From Candidatus Marinacidobacterales bacterium (GTDB lineage Bacteria; Acidobacteriota; Vicinamibacteria; Marinacidobacterales; SMYC01), in contig CBDCYI010000011.1 of the NCBI GenBank assembly GCA_965224085.1, positions 1,543,639 to 1,607,638 of the forward strand: a stretch of 64,000 bases of DNA. The letters run 5' to 3'. The position numbers and the translations under genes were made by a program. Positions 25,502 to 36,008 of the stretch are shown here, one piece after another; position 1 is the stretch's first letter, and every line of letters begins with the position of its first letter. The notes beneath the pieces are model-generated. The model was not told where the DNA came from and ran no database searches. It saw only the letters and a program-made list of their open reading frames with translations.

Positions 25502-26743
25502 TTATGCTAGGTGGTGCTTGAGCAACAGTGCTCCGTTGGTTCCCCCGAATCCGAACGAGTTCGAAAGAGCGTATTCGAACGAAAGTTTCCGAGCCTCGTT
25601 CGGAACGTAATCCAAGCTGCATTCGGGGTCCGGATTCTCATAGTTCGTCGTCGGGGGCACTATTTGTTTTTTCAAAGCGAGGGCGGTAATCCCGGCTTCG
25701 AGCCCCCCGGCACCTCCGAGGAGATGGCCCGTCATGGACTTCGTGGAGCTTATAGCTAACTGCTTCGCGTGGTCGCCGAACACGGCGCGGATCGCCAGGG
25801 TCTCTGTACGGTCGTTATAGACGGTGGACGTGCCATGCGCGTTGACATATCCGACATCGGTCAGCGCGATTCCCGCATCGGCGATCGCGTTCCGCATGAC
25901 GCGCTGCGCGCCATCCCCGCTTTCCGACGGTGTGGTCATGTGATAAGCGTCGGAGCTCATGCCATAACCCACGAGCTCCGCATGGATGTCCGCGCCACGC
26001 GCCTTCGCACCTTCGAGCTCCTCGAGTACGAGGACGCCGGCACCTTCACCGACAACAAAGCCGTCGCGATCTTTGTCGAACGGGCGTGAAGCTCGCTCGG
26101 GATCGTCGTTGCGGACCGAGAGCGCTTTCATGGCCGCAAAGCCCCCGATACCCATCGGCGTAATCGCAGCCTCGGACCCGCCAGCGATCATCGCATCCGC
26201 GTCGCCACGCTGAATGATCTTCATCGCGTCGCCGATAGCGTGGGCGCTGGCCGAGCAGGCGGTCGCGGTAGCCGAGTTGGGCCCTTTGGCCCCGAAGCGG
26301 ATCGAGACTTGGCCCGCCGCGAGATTGATGATGGTTGCCGGGATGAAGAAAGGTGAAATGCGACGGGGGCCTCCATTCAAGAGGGCGGTGTGCTCTCGCT
26401 CGATGGTACCGAAGCCGCCAATACCGGACGCGATGAAAACACCCACGCGCGCGGCATTATCTTCCTCTATCAAGAAGCCCGAATCTTCCACGGCGATCTC
26501 GGATGCCGCCAACGCATATTGGATGAAGGCGTCCATCTTCTTGACGTCTTTTTTCGGGATGAAACGAAGAGGATCGAAATCCTTGAGCTCACCCGCAATG
26601 CGCACGCTGAAATCGGACGCGTCGAAATGCGTAACCGGCCCGATACCCGACCTGCCGGCCAACAAACCTTCCCACGTCTCCTTCGTGCCGAGCCCAAGCG
26701 CCGAAACGAGCCCGATACCCGTAATGGCTACTCTACGATTCAA
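25502..26743 (-). CDS. fabF: beta-ketoacyl-ACP synthase II
   Basis: 413 aa with Cys-His-His catalytic triad context (ATACSAS, HGTST). Confidence 0.95.
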   Translation of the reverse strand: MNRRVAITGIGLVSALGLGTKETWEGLLAGRSGIGPVTHFDASDFSVRIAGELKDFDPLRFIPKKDVKKMDAFIQYALAASEIAVEDSGFLIEEDNAARVGVFIASGIGGFGTIEREHTALLNGGPRRISPFFIPATIINLAAGQVSIRFGAKGPNSATATACSASAHAIGDAMKIIQRGDADAMIAGGSEAAITPMGIGGFAAMKALSVRNDDPERASRPFDKDRDGFVVGEGAGVLVLEELEGAKARGADIHAELVGYGMSSDAYHMTTPSESGDGAQRVMRNAIADAGIALTDVGYVNAHGTSTVYNDRTETLAIRAVFGDHAKQLAISSTKSMTGHLLGGAGGLEAGITALALKKQIVPPTTNYENPDPECSLDYVPNEARKLSFEYALSNSFGFGGTNGALLLKHHLA

Positions 26744-26803
26744 AAGCCCTCCGCCGCCCAGCGACTACTAAGTGCTGACCACTAACACCGAAGCCAAGCA
26801 AAA

Positions 26804-27040
26804 TCACTTACCGTGCTCGGTAATATAAGAGATCGCCTCCCTGACACGGGTGATCTTCTCCGCATCTTCATCGGGAATCTCGACGCCAAACTCTTCCTCG
26901 AGCGCCATGACGAGCTCCATTTGGTCGAGAGAATCAGCGCCGAGGTCATCGACGAACGAAGCGTCTTCCGTAACCTGATCCTCGCTGACGCCGAGCTGCT
27001 CGATGATAATGCCTTTTACTTTATCTGGAATCTTACTCAT
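26804..27040 (-). CDS. acpP: acyl carrier protein
   Basis: [18 protein letters not shown]...LGADSLD (phosphopantetheine Ser). Confidence 0.95.
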   Translation of the reverse strand: MSKIPDKVKGIIIEQLGVSEDQVTEDASFVDDLGADSLDQMELVMALEEEFGVEIPDEDAEKITRVREAISYITEHGK

Positions 27041-27051
27041 GGAATCCCTCC

Positions 27052-27786
27052 TCACATGTATAAACCGCCATTGACTTGCAAAACTTGTCCTGTAACGTAA
27101 CTCGCGCCTTCGGACGCAAGGTACAACACCGCGGCCGCCACATCCGACGGTTGGCCGATGCGCTTCATCGGGATCGCCTCGTGGAGCGCCTCAGTCGCCC
27201 CTTGCGCAAGCTCCCGCGTCATATCGGTCTCGATATAACCAGGGGCAATCGCATTCACCGTAACGTTACGAGAAGCGACTTCACGGGCGAGCGCTTTGGT
27301 AAAACCCAAAATCGCGGCCTTAGACGCCGCATAATTGACCTGTCCCGCATTCCCCATCAGGCCGACAACAGAGCTCATGTTGATGACGCGCCCGGAGCGC
27401 TGGCGAATCATAGGCCGGAGAACTGCCTGGCTGCAATAGTAGAGCGCGTTGACGTTCGTCGCCATAACCGTGTTCCACTCTTCCGGCTTCATCCGCATGA
27501 GCAAGTTGTCTCGCGTGATACCGGCATTGTTGACGAGAATGTCGATACGTTCATGCTTGTCGAGAACCGATTTGATCACACGGTCGACGGCCTCCCGGTC
27601 GGAGACGTCCATCGCGAGACCTTGGGAGCCGGAGCCAAGCTGTTCGGCAGTCTTCCGCGCGCGATCTTCGCTACGCCCGGTGAGGACAACCCGCACACCC
27701 CGCTTTGCTAAAGCAGCGGCAATCGCGCGTCCGATGCCGCGGGAGCCTCCGGTGACGAGAGCGAGCTTTGCATCCCATTCAGACAA
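27052..27786 (-). CDS. fabG: 3-oxoacyl-ACP reductase
   Basis: SDR with [12 protein letters not shown] and YAASKAA motifs. Confidence 0.95.
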   Translation of the reverse strand: MSEWDAKLALVTGGSRGIGRAIAAALAKRGVRVVLTGRSEDRARKTAEQLGSGSQGLAMDVSDREAVDRVIKSVLDKHERIDILVNNAGITRDNLLMRMKPEEWNTVMATNVNALYYCSQAVLRPMIRQRSGRVINMSSVVGLMGNAGQVNYAASKAAILGFTKALAREVASRNVTVNAIAPGYIETDMTRELAQGATEALHEAIPMKRIGQPSDVAAAVLYLASEGASYVTGQVLQVNGGLYM

Positions 27787-28723
27787 CGCTCGCCTCCGTC
27801 AAACGTTTCACGCCGTCGGACGAGCTCACCGTGAGCGTCTCTACATTCTTGACGATCTTCCTCACGAGCCCGGAAAGAACTTTAGAAGGCCCGACTTCCA
27901 CAAATCGCTCAACACCTGCGGTGGCCATGGCCCCGACGATGGCCTCCCAGCGAACGGGTGAGGCCACTTGTCGCTCGAGTGCGTCACGCGCCGCCGCCCC
28001 AGAGGTGATGGCCTCTGCATCGACATTCGTGAAAAGGGGCACATCGAAATCTCGGAACGCTGTGCTCCCTAAATCCTTGGCGAGCTCGACCGCGGCAGGC
28101 TTCATGAGCGTGCAATGAAACGGCGCGCTCACCGCAAGCCGCAGAGCCCTGCGCGCGCCGCGCTCTTTGGCGAGCGCGCAAGCACGATCGACGGCCTCTC
28201 GGTGTCCCGCAATGACGACTTGCCGCCCGCCATTCAAATTGGCGGGCTCGAGCACTTGCCCCTCACGGGCGTCGCGGCAAAGAGCTTCGACGTCATCGAC
28301 AGAAAGTCCCAGAATGGCCGCCATCGCACCGACGCCGACGGGCACTGCGTCTTGCATATATCGCCCACGCTTTCTCACGAGCGTGACCGCGTCCGAGAAG
28401 CTCAACCCGCCCGCGGCCACAAGGGCCGAATATTCACCGACACTGTGTCCTGCCACATAATCCGGCTTGATACCGGCGCCGCGCAGAACTTCCCAAAGGG
28501 CGATACTCGTAGTCAAGATCGCGGGCTGCGTATTTTCGGTAAGTTTGAGCTCCTCGTCCGGGCCTTCGAAACAGAGCTTCTTGATCGAAAACCCGAGCGC
28601 TTTGTCGGCTGTCTCGAAAACCCGACGGGCGCGGTCGTAGCTCTCGAACGCGTCTTTCCCCATTCCCGTCTCTTGCGAGCCCTGTCCGGGAAAGAGGAGC
28701 GCAATCTTACCTTCTCCACTCAT
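27779..28723 (-). CDS. fabD: malonyl-CoA:ACP transacylase
   Basis: GQGSQ and GHSVGE motifs. Confidence 0.95.
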   Translation of the reverse strand: MSGEGKIALLFPGQGSQETGMGKDAFESYDRARRVFETADKALGFSIKKLCFEGPDEELKLTENTQPAILTTSIALWEVLRGAGIKPDYVAGHSVGEYSALVAAGGLSFSDAVTLVRKRGRYMQDAVPVGVGAMAAILGLSVDDVEALCRDAREGQVLEPANLNGGRQVVIAGHREAVDRACALAKERGARRALRLAVSAPFHCTLMKPAAVELAKDLGSTAFRDFDVPLFTNVDAEAITSGAAARDALERQVASPVRWEAIVGAMATAGVERFVEVGPSKVLSGLVRKIVKNVETLTVSSSDGVKRLTEASVV

Positions 28724-28916
28724 CGAAGCATGCCTTCCCTTGTTCCATCGCCCGCTCGGGTCACGTGGATTCGACCGAGAGAAACACGCAGGATGTGCCC
28801 CCGCGCTAGCAGCCGAACCCGCTAATGCTACCGTGAATTCCTGGCCTTGGCCTTGTGCAGCGAGCGAAGTCGAACGTAGCCTTCGGCGCCGGCGGACACG
28901 CTCTGCGGTTCGAGCA

Positions 28917-29099
28917 CTAGCGCTCTTTGACTTCCATCACTTGGGCACCCTTGTAGTACCCACAATTTGGACACACTCGGTGTGGATGTTTGGCTTGGTG
29001 GCAATGCGGACACTCGGAGAGCGGCTTGTGAACGAGCGCATTATGTGCCCGGCGTTTACCTCGCCGGCTCTTCGAATGTCTACTCTTGGGATTGGCCAT
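28917..29099 (-). CDS. rpmF: 50S ribosomal protein L32
   Basis: MANPKSRHSKSRRGKRRAH...CPNCG. Confidence 0.95.
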   Translation of the reverse strand: MANPKSRHSKSRRGKRRAHNALVHKPLSECPHCHQAKHPHRVCPNCGYYKGAQVMEVKER

Positions 29100-29147
29100 T
29101 TTCGAATAATCTCCTTTGCCGGCCTTGGCGTCCTTGTCGGGCCGAGC

Positions 29148-29684
29148 TCACGGGTCGATCAGGCCGTTCAACGCCTGCCGTCTCGGGTCGGTATCGTCTT
29201 GAACGCAACTGCAGCTAGCCGCGTTGCGATTGACCCCGCAGTCGGGACACAAGCCCTCGCAATCAATCTTGCAGAGTGGCTTCATCGGAAGTGCGAGAAC
29301 GATCTGCTCCCAAGCCATATGCGACAGATCGAGCTGGTCGTCACGATAGAAGGCCACTAAAAGCTCGTCTTCGCCCAAACCTCGGTCGTCCTCTCCTGCC
29401 CGAGCGACGTTTTTGGATTGAGGCAAATAGTGAAGGTCCAAATTCTCGCGAAGCTCTGTTTCGAACGGTATGAGACACCGACCACAAGCGAGCTCGACAT
29501 CCGCAGCAAGGCGACCCGTCAGTCGAAACGCTCGCTTGTCATCATCCGTGCTCGAGATGCGACCGATGACCCGAGCGGGCTCCGCGAGCCGAAACTCAAG
29601 CCTTCGCGTGCCCTCGTCCGCGAGACTTACCGCGTGATCGATGGCCTGACCCTCCACGGGCACCTTTCGCAAATCGACTAACAC
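29148..29684 (-). CDS. yceD: YceD/DUF177 protein (23S rRNA accumulation protein)
   Basis: CGRC...CPDCG pattern upstream of rpmF, in the conserved yceD-rpmF arrangement. plsX and fabH are absent from this locus. Confidence 0.85.
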   Translation of the reverse strand: MLVDLRKVPVEGQAIDHAVSLADEGTRRLEFRLAEPARVIGRISSTDDDKRAFRLTGRLAADVELACGRCLIPFETELRENLDLHYLPQSKNVARAGEDDRGLGEDELLVAFYRDDQLDLSHMAWEQIVLALPMKPLCKIDCEGLCPDCGVNRNAASCSCVQDDTDPRRQALNGLIDP

Positions 29685-29730
29685 GTTGAGTCTCTTACGT
29701 TAAGCGGTGAATTATAGCACGCGAGCTTAC

Positions 29731-29758
29731 CTCGTCAATAAAGGTGAATAAAAAGCAA
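29731..29758 (-). promoter_or_regulatory. near-consensus sigma-70 promoter for yceD-rpmF(-fab) operon
   Basis: Minus strand reads TTGACG-16 nt-TATAAT with an AT-rich UP-like tract upstream, about 45 nt before the yceD start. Confidence 0.5.
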
Positions 29759-29786
29759 ATAAAAACAACCATTGTGACGAAGAGAT

Positions 29787-30050
29787 TTACTCTTTTTGCT
29801 CGGTTTGCTCGGCAACGCGTTCGAGATTCATGTAGTTGCCGAATTGGCGGTTTCCACTGATCGTGGAGATGGCATGCTTGAAAAGCATCTGGTCGACGCC
29901 GCCACTTTCCAAAATGATGGCAAAGCGGTCGAAGTTCTTGATTCGCCCCGTCAGCTTGGCCCCGTTTACCAGATAAATGGTCAGGTTGATCCGCTCTCTT
30001 CGTACGTGGTTCAGGAAGCTGTCTTGAACGTTAGGGGCCTGTTTCTGCAT
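29787..30050 (-). CDS. hfq: RNA chaperone Hfq
   Basis: MQKQAPNVQDSFLNHVRRERINLTIYLVNGAKLTGRIKNFDRFAIIL (Sm1/Sm2 motifs), downstream of miaA. Confidence 0.9.
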   Translation of the reverse strand: MQKQAPNVQDSFLNHVRRERINLTIYLVNGAKLTGRIKNFDRFAIILESGGVDQMLFKHAISTISGNRQFGNYMNLERVAEQTEQKE

Positions 30051-31017
30051 GAACTGTCTCCACATTCCGGCCGGGCCGGCCGAGGCCGAGCTCCTGCCCA
30101 AGATATTGCAGCACCGCATCCTGAACGGGAGCATCGTCGCCGCTGCCGCGAAACCATTCGACGCCCTGTTCTCGACGGAACCACGTCATCTGCCGTTTCG
30201 CATATTGCATCGTCGCAAGAGTAATGGCCGCAAGCATTCGATCCTCGTCGAGCCTGCCCGCGAGATAGTCGATCGTCTCGCGATAGCCGATGGCTTTGAA
30301 CGCCGGAAGGTTCTCGCCATGCTCACGACAGAGTCCACGCACTTCATCGACGAAACCCCTTGCAAACATTTTTTTGACTCGCCTTCCGATTCTTTTTTCG
30401 AGCTCCTCGCGGCTCAGCGTCAGGCCGACTAGTATAACTTGGAAGTCCGATAACGGGCTTCGGCGCGCTCCCATCAACTCGCTCATCGGCTGACCACTTT
30501 CTATTTGCACCTCGAGGGCTCGGATGATCCGAACGCGATCGTTCGGATGGATCCGCTTAGCAGAGGCACGATCCCATTGCCCTAGAATACGATGCAATCG
30601 TTTCGAACCTCGACGCTCGGCGATCCTGGTGAGACGCTCACGAATCTCCGGCGAGCGCCCGGGGCCTTCGAAAAGCCCCCGACGTAGCGCGCGCAGATAA
30701 AGTCCCGATCCGCCAACCACAACCGGCAGTTTCTTTCTTCTTGCGATGTCTTCGATGACCGGCACCGCTAGAGTGATGTAATCCGCCGCCGAGAATTCTT
30801 GGTCGGGCGGCATCTGGTCGACAAGATGATGAGCGATACCTCCTCGCTCATCCGGCGGAACCTTTGCGGTACCGATGTGAAGCTGTTCGTATATCTGAAG
30901 CGCGTCGCAACCGACGATTTCACCTTCGAGCTCACGAGCAACTCGGATCCCGAGATCGCTCTTACCCGACCCGGTCGGCCCGACAACAGCTACCAAGCGC
31001 TTCATTGAAAACGCCAA
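30031..31017 (-). CDS. miaA: tRNA dimethylallyltransferase
   Basis: GPTGSGKS P-loop. The likely start is MKRLVAVVG (31005). Confidence 0.9.
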   Translation of the reverse strand: MAFSMKRLVAVVGPTGSGKSDLGIRVARELEGEIVGCDALQIYEQLHIGTAKVPPDERGGIAHHLVDQMPPDQEFSAADYITLAVPVIEDIARRKKLPVVVGGSGLYLRALRRGLFEGPGRSPEIRERLTRIAERRGSKRLHRILGQWDRASAKRIHPNDRVRIIRALEVQIESGQPMSELMGARRSPLSDFQVILVGLTLSREELEKRIGRRVKKMFARGFVDEVRGLCREHGENLPAFKAIGYRETIDYLAGRLDEDRMLAAITLATMQYAKRQMTWFRREQGVEWFRGSGDDAPVQDAVLQYLGQELGLGRPGRNVETVHAETGP

Positions 31018-31101
31018 CGTACGAACAGCGTTACCAGGATGAAACTGCCCAGCACCACCGCTCCCACAAGCTGTGCGCGCGTGAGCCCCATGAAAGAGGA
31101 T

Positions 31102-32265
31102 CTATCCGGCAGCCTCGTTCTGCATCTCACGAAACAGCTGGATGAGCTGGCTCTCGTGGGATGCGCCGAGCGTTCGCTTCACCGCAAGCAGCTCCGAGTA
31201 AAGCAGCTCGTTCAACGCCGAGATCAAGCGGTCGTGGCGTTCTCCCTCCGGAAGACGCTCGAGGTTTTGCTCGAGCTGTGCGGGATCGAGGGCTCCGCCC
31301 TGCCGCAAGCGAACCCGGTCGAAAAGAGAGCCCGGACGCTCTTTGAGCTCTTTCAAGTATTTCTCGAGGATGATCTCGGCAATCGGGCCGACCTCCTCCG
31401 ACATATGTCGGAAAAGCCGACGAAACATTTCGTTGTAGAGCTCGACGACGGACGTGTAATCCTGACTGTCATCGAGTGTTTTCTGCAAAGTTGCTTGCGT
31501 CGGTCCATGCGATTTCAATACTCCGATGGCGAGAAAAGAATGAAGAACCTTTCGTGTCTCGGCCTCACCAATCTCGCTTTCTTGACAGATGTCGGAGATC
31601 GCACGCTCGCCGTCGGCAAGCTCGATGACGTGACGCTCGTGCGGGTCGAGTTCGACAGGTGGCTCCTTGTTCTCTCGATGGAGCACCGAATCCATGGACA
31701 GAAAGTGCTCTCGAATGGCACCGGTGCCGTCGGAGCGCCGGATGCCTTCCACGACGAGCTTTTCGACGTCGAGGTCGAAGGTGATTTTTTCCTTTCGGGG
31801 TTGTTCGTCTTCATCGAAATGAAAATAGCCATCTTCCCAGTTGAAGATGCTCCAGACGATCTCCTTCACTTGCTGCTCGATCGCCCACCAGAGATCTTTT
31901 GGCGACAAGACGCCGCTTTCTACGAGAGCTTTCCCGAGACGCTGCCCGCCTCGGATCATCTGCGAGAGGCGCAGATACTCATCCGCAGAAATCTTTCCGC
32001 CCCGCAGCAAAACTTCGCCCAGCCTGTCTTGGGTGAGGCTCGAAGCAGCAAAGACGAGCTTGCCGTCGAGGAAGTAGATGGATTTCCGCACGCCGGCATT
32101 CACGAGGGAGACGACCCCGGTGCGCTTCGCGTCCTTCAGAATAGAGAGCACCGTTGGGAGCCCGACATCGGAAAGTCGGCCCCGTAGCGTGCCACGCTCC
32201 GCGGTACTGTCGGCACTCCTTGCGTTGGACGAGCTCATAAGCGTCAGGAAGACTGGGTAGAACAC
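31102..32265 (-). CDS. DUF4388 domain protein
   Basis: N-terminal GTLRGRLSDVGLPTVLSILKDAKRTGVVSL...IYFLDGKLVFA is typical of DUF4388. The remainder is helical. Confidence 0.6.
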   Translation of the reverse strand: MFYPVFLTLMSSSNARSADSTAERGTLRGRLSDVGLPTVLSILKDAKRTGVVSLVNAGVRKSIYFLDGKLVFAASSLTQDRLGEVLLRGGKISADEYLRLSQMIRGGQRLGKALVESGVLSPKDLWWAIEQQVKEIVWSIFNWEDGYFHFDEDEQPRKEKITFDLDVEKLVVEGIRRSDGTGAIREHFLSMDSVLHRENKEPPVELDPHERHVIELADGERAISDICQESEIGEAETRKVLHSFLAIGVLKSHGPTQATLQKTLDDSQDYTSVVELYNEMFRRLFRHMSEEVGPIAEIILEKYLKELKERPGSLFDRVRLRQGGALDPAQLEQNLERLPEGERHDRLISALNELLYSELLAVKRTLGASHESQLIQLFREMQNEAAG

Positions 32266-32268
32266 ATG

Positions 32269-34590
32269 CTAAGGGGTGCTTTGACCCTTGTCAACATCAG
32301 CGGAAGGCGAATTCTCGCCAGTGCGCGCGATGCGTGTGCCGGGATAGTAATGGCTCAGGATCTGCCGGTAGCTGTAGCCGGCCGATGCCATGCCGTAAGC
32401 CCCAACTTGGCACATCCCGACCCCATGCCCCCACCCGCGGCCGGTGAAGACCCAGCTCTCGGCGCCGCTTTCTTTCGAACGCTGGGCGTCGAGAAAAAAC
32501 AAGTTCTCGCGAATGCCCAGGGTTCGCCGAACCGCAAGCCCCTCGACAACCGCCGAGCCTGCAGTCCCGATAATCTCGAGCTCGACGATACGGCCCGAGC
32601 GCCCATAGCGCTTCGGGCGCAGCTCCTGAACCGTTCCGACTCGGTGGCGCATATTCACGTCGCGCGATAGGTCTTCCTTGGTTTTGCGAACCACCCAGTG
32701 AGAAAAGCGCGAGCTCCGGTCGAAGCTCGCCCCGCCCGACAGCACAACGAGCACGTCGATACCAGAATCGTCCAAGTGAAACAAGACTTGGTCACCGGCG
32801 AGCAGCGAGACACGCTCCATGTAGTACACGGTCTCGCCCGATTGACGGTACAAATAGCGCTGGCGTGCGAGAGCGGTCGCAACAACGTTGTCCTCTTCGC
32901 CGAGCCCGTCATCAGTTAAACGAATGCGGGCGCCGTCGACGCTCTCTATCGTTCCTCGGCGAAGGGGCGTCTCTCCGATCTGACTGACGAGCCGATAGAG
33001 CGTTCCCAATATCGTGGCATGTGAGAGCGGGGTCCCACGTGCGATACCCTGTGCGCCCGGACGGATGAGGTCGCGCTGTATTGCGTAAGCCAAATGTCGA
33101 CGTTCGGGATTCGAGAGGCCCGCATCCATGGCGAGTCTCGAGGCGTCTAGCTCCGAGATCAAGAACGGTAGGCGCCGCTCCCAACATAACCCGCCGGCGA
33201 GAAGCTCCGAAAGCGCGACCACGTCGAAAGGACCTGCTTCGCGGGCTCCGAAGCACGGCGACTGCCCGATATGAGAGATGGCGCGCTCGACCCATAGACG
33301 CACGCTTGCCGCCGTCGCCGGTCCCTCGTTCTTTGCCGGGGCGATACCTAAACGCTCGAGCATGGCGGCTTCGAGCGATAGCGGTCTTGGATTGGACGAG
33401 CTCATGACAGCGAGGCGCGATTCGAGAAAACAGGCGCGACTCACCAGATAGGGCTCGGGGTTTACGAATACGTTCTCAGCGTTCTCCGTCCGGCCACCAC
33501 AGGTCGACGTGTAGAGCGCATCGACGAGCGCCCCGTTATACGTCAATACCTCTCCCGAAGTCTCGAGGACAGCCTCGCTCGCCATCGGTTGTTCTGCCGC
33601 AACACCTTGATAGACCTGGCAGGCGGGCGTCGCGCAGATGTCGTAACCTTCGGCGGCGAATTGCCCGCGCCGTTTCTGAACGTAGGTACGAGCGGCAAGG
33701 GCCTGAGCCTTGATGGCTTCTTTTTCCGGAAACACCGCGGGCGAGAGCTCGGCGGGTACAACCCCTTTGAGATAGTCCTCGAGGTTCACGACGTTCACGA
33801 CCGTGAAGAGATTCGAGGCATTTACGAAAACTTCCAAGTAGCCGCGATACGGACGGCCGTCGACTTCGACGAAAGCGTTCGTGGATGCCGGCACGGCGTA
33901 AAGCGTGAGCCCGCTCGTCTCGATCGCGGGCTGTCCCGAAGTCCGCAGCACGACTGCTCGAGGACGCGCGACCCGCGACGGCTCACGCGTGACAGCGACC
34001 CCTTCGAAGCCGAGCGCCGTGAGCTCAGCCGCGCGGGCGCGCGCAGCACTCTCGGTGGTGAACCCACCAACCCGCACCGCGAAACGCCCACTTCCCGGCT
34101 CGCGCCGCAAGACGATCTCGTCATCCAGCTCTTCACGCGTGCTCGCCTGTAGCGCCAACGCAACCTCCTGGGTCGGGAACGAACCGAGCTGCAGCCGAAA
34201 CACCGCTCCTTCGAGGACGCTCGAGCGCGCGGGCTCGATGAGAACGTCTTGCGTCTCGATGAGCCGTCTCGAGCCGCTGACACGGAAAGGACGAGAAGAC
34301 GTGAGCCTCAAAGCCTCGGTGCGGGCCGAAAGACCGACGCGGATTCTCGGAGCGGGCGCGAGCCGGTCCATCTCCGAGGGTGTGAGCGGTGCCGCGGTCG
34401 GGGGGGGCGGCAACGTGCGCACGGAGTCCGGAGCCCCCCGCGCCGGTGATGGCGGGGGCGGGGGGAACGCCTTTGAAGGCTGCCCCGCCAGTGGAGGAGA
34501 CGGCGGAACATTCGGAGGGTGTGGGGGGACGTCCTTTCCCCCACAGGCCAAAGCCAGCGCGATCAGGAAAAAAGGTATGCTCTTAGCCAA
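32269..34590 (-). CDS. SpoIID/LytB-domain protein with N-terminal Pro-rich region, secreted
   Basis: Signal peptide, then a long linker, then a SpoIID-like domain (YLKGVVPAE...ALKAQALAARTY...TSTCGGRTEN...GWGHGVGMCQVGA). Confidence 0.75.
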   Translation of the reverse strand: MAKSIPFFLIALALACGGKDVPPHPPNVPPSPPLAGQPSKAFPPPPPSPARGAPDSVRTLPPPPTAAPLTPSEMDRLAPAPRIRVGLSARTEALRLTSSRPFRVSGSRRLIETQDVLIEPARSSVLEGAVFRLQLGSFPTQEVALALQASTREELDDEIVLRREPGSGRFAVRVGGFTTESAARARAAELTALGFEGVAVTREPSRVARPRAVVLRTSGQPAIETSGLTLYAVPASTNAFVEVDGRPYRGYLEVFVNASNLFTVVNVVNLEDYLKGVVPAELSPAVFPEKEAIKAQALAARTYVQKRRGQFAAEGYDICATPACQVYQGVAAEQPMASEAVLETSGEVLTYNGALVDALYTSTCGGRTENAENVFVNPEPYLVSRACFLESRLAVMSSSNPRPLSLEAAMLERLGIAPAKNEGPATAASVRLWVERAISHIGQSPCFGAREAGPFDVVALSELLAGGLCWERRLPFLISELDASRLAMDAGLSNPERRHLAYAIQRDLIRPGAQGIARGTPLSHATILGTLYRLVSQIGETPLRRGTIESVDGARIRLTDDGLGEEDNVVATALARQRYLYRQSGETVYYMERVSLLAGDQVLFHLDDSGIDVLVVLSGGASFDRSSRFSHWVVRKTKEDLSRDVNMRHRVGTVQELRPKRYGRSGRIVELEIIGTAGSAVVEGLAVRRTLGIRENLFFLDAQRSKESGAESWVFTGRGWGHGVGMCQVGAYGMASAGYSYRQILSHYYPGTRIARTGENSPSADVDKGQSTP

Positions 34591-35914
34591 AGATGTCGTA
34601 AGGGCGCTCGTTGTACCAGAAAACGATTACGATATCGAAGGTCTCGTCGGGGTAGTCCGCGGGTAGCGGCATCAAATCAGCGCCTCGAATTGCGCCAACA
34701 GCGATATTGTCGAAACCAACCACTCCAGACGGAACGAGCGTCTGGTAAGAGAGGACCGCCCCGTCCCGGGCGACCTTGAAGCCCACCGCGACATGCCCCG
34801 CGTAGATGTTCGCCGCCCAGGGCATACCGGCCCGCCAAATTCTGCCGACTTCGCTCAACATACGGCGGATCCAAGGCACGAAATTCGCGCCTTTGTCGTT
34901 GTAGTACATCGTGTTGTTGGTGTTGACAACGAGTCCGCCTTCCGGGTTGTGAAACTGGGCGCCCGCGAGAAAACGGCGGATGTCCGTGAAGTCACCGTTC
35001 TCGCCACCTTCACCGACTGGATTTCGCGTCGGCGCGGGCTGCGGCGGGCGCATCTGCCGCCGCCTGCGGGCTTCTGCTTCCGCTTGCTTCCGAGCTTGCT
35101 CTTCGAGATCCGGTGGATAGAAAAGGAAGTCGCCGGGCAATTCCGGATCGACGCCGCCGTCGGCGACCTCGGATCCCAACTCTTCCTCCAGGAGTCCGTC
35201 ACCGTCTAGCTCGTCCTCGCCGGATTCGGCGAGCTCCGCCACTTCGGGAGGCGCCTCCTCTTCGGGAGTGCCTTCCGTTCCAGGATCCTCGACCTCCTCT
35301 TTTGTGTAGAACTCTTCCGTATTGCCGGACGAGAACGGCAAGTCGTTCATGATCTCGGGGCGCGTTTCCGGCGCCAGCATCGCTTTCGGGATCAAAAGGC
35401 GATTATCCGCCACTTGCGGCGGCGGCTCTGGCGGGGGCTGCGCCTCCGGGACAACCGGAACTGGAACGGCAGCGACAGGAGGTGCAACTTGTTCAGGCTG
35501 GGGCTCTTCCATGAAGAGCACGAGAGGCTCCTTTTTGTCGATCTCAGCGACCCTTTCTTTCTGGTCGATCGGCAAGTCGAAGAACTCGTTCAAATTGGGC
35601 TCGAGCAACATGAACACGAGCAGCACAACGTGCAAGACCGCAGAGACGCCGAAACCGGATCGCGGATCGCTCGCGAGCGGATCGCGGTCCTCGCCGCCGC
35701 GCTCGAGAAACTCGGCGGCGTCGTCAGGGTTGTCTAGCCATTGCGAGAAGAAGAAGTCCTCGGAGCCATCCTGGGAAATGAGGTTCTCGAAGCCGCTCGC
35801 GGTTTGGCGGAATGGATGGGGCTCGTGCGGCGCGGGCTGCTTAGGAAGGAAGGGCTGGCCCCGGCGGGTCATTCCCCGCCTCATTCCAGAACCTCGTTGC
35901 ACGCGCACTCCCAA
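34583..35914 (-). CDS. TonB-family protein (single TM, Pro/Glu-rich spacer, TonB_C-like domain)
   Basis: TM helix VLHVVLLVFMLL, PEP-rich region, and a C-terminal GHVAVGFKVARDGAV...SGVVGFDNIAVGAIR TonB_C-like fold. Confidence 0.6.
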   Translation of the reverse strand: MGVRVQRGSGMRRGMTRRGQPFLPKQPAPHEPHPFRQTASGFENLISQDGSEDFFFSQWLDNPDDAAEFLERGGEDRDPLASDPRSGFGVSAVLHVVLLVFMLLEPNLNEFFDLPIDQKERVAEIDKKEPLVLFMEEPQPEQVAPPVAAVPVPVVPEAQPPPEPPPQVADNRLLIPKAMLAPETRPEIMNDLPFSSGNTEEFYTKEEVEDPGTEGTPEEEAPPEVAELAESGEDELDGDGLLEEELGSEVADGGVDPELPGDFLFYPPDLEEQARKQAEAEARRRRQMRPPQPAPTRNPVGEGGENGDFTDIRRFLAGAQFHNPEGGLVVNTNNTMYYNDKGANFVPWIRRMLSEVGRIWRAGMPWAANIYAGHVAVGFKVARDGAVLSYQTLVPSGVVGFDNIAVGAIRGADLMPLPADYPDETFDIVIVFWYNERPYDIFG

Positions 35915-36008
35915 TCGCCAACTGCCAACTGATTGAAGGGAAACGACCTACCGGATTATAACCATCGCCGATCGGCTGAGCAAGAAGACCGACACAATCT
36001 TTACATCC

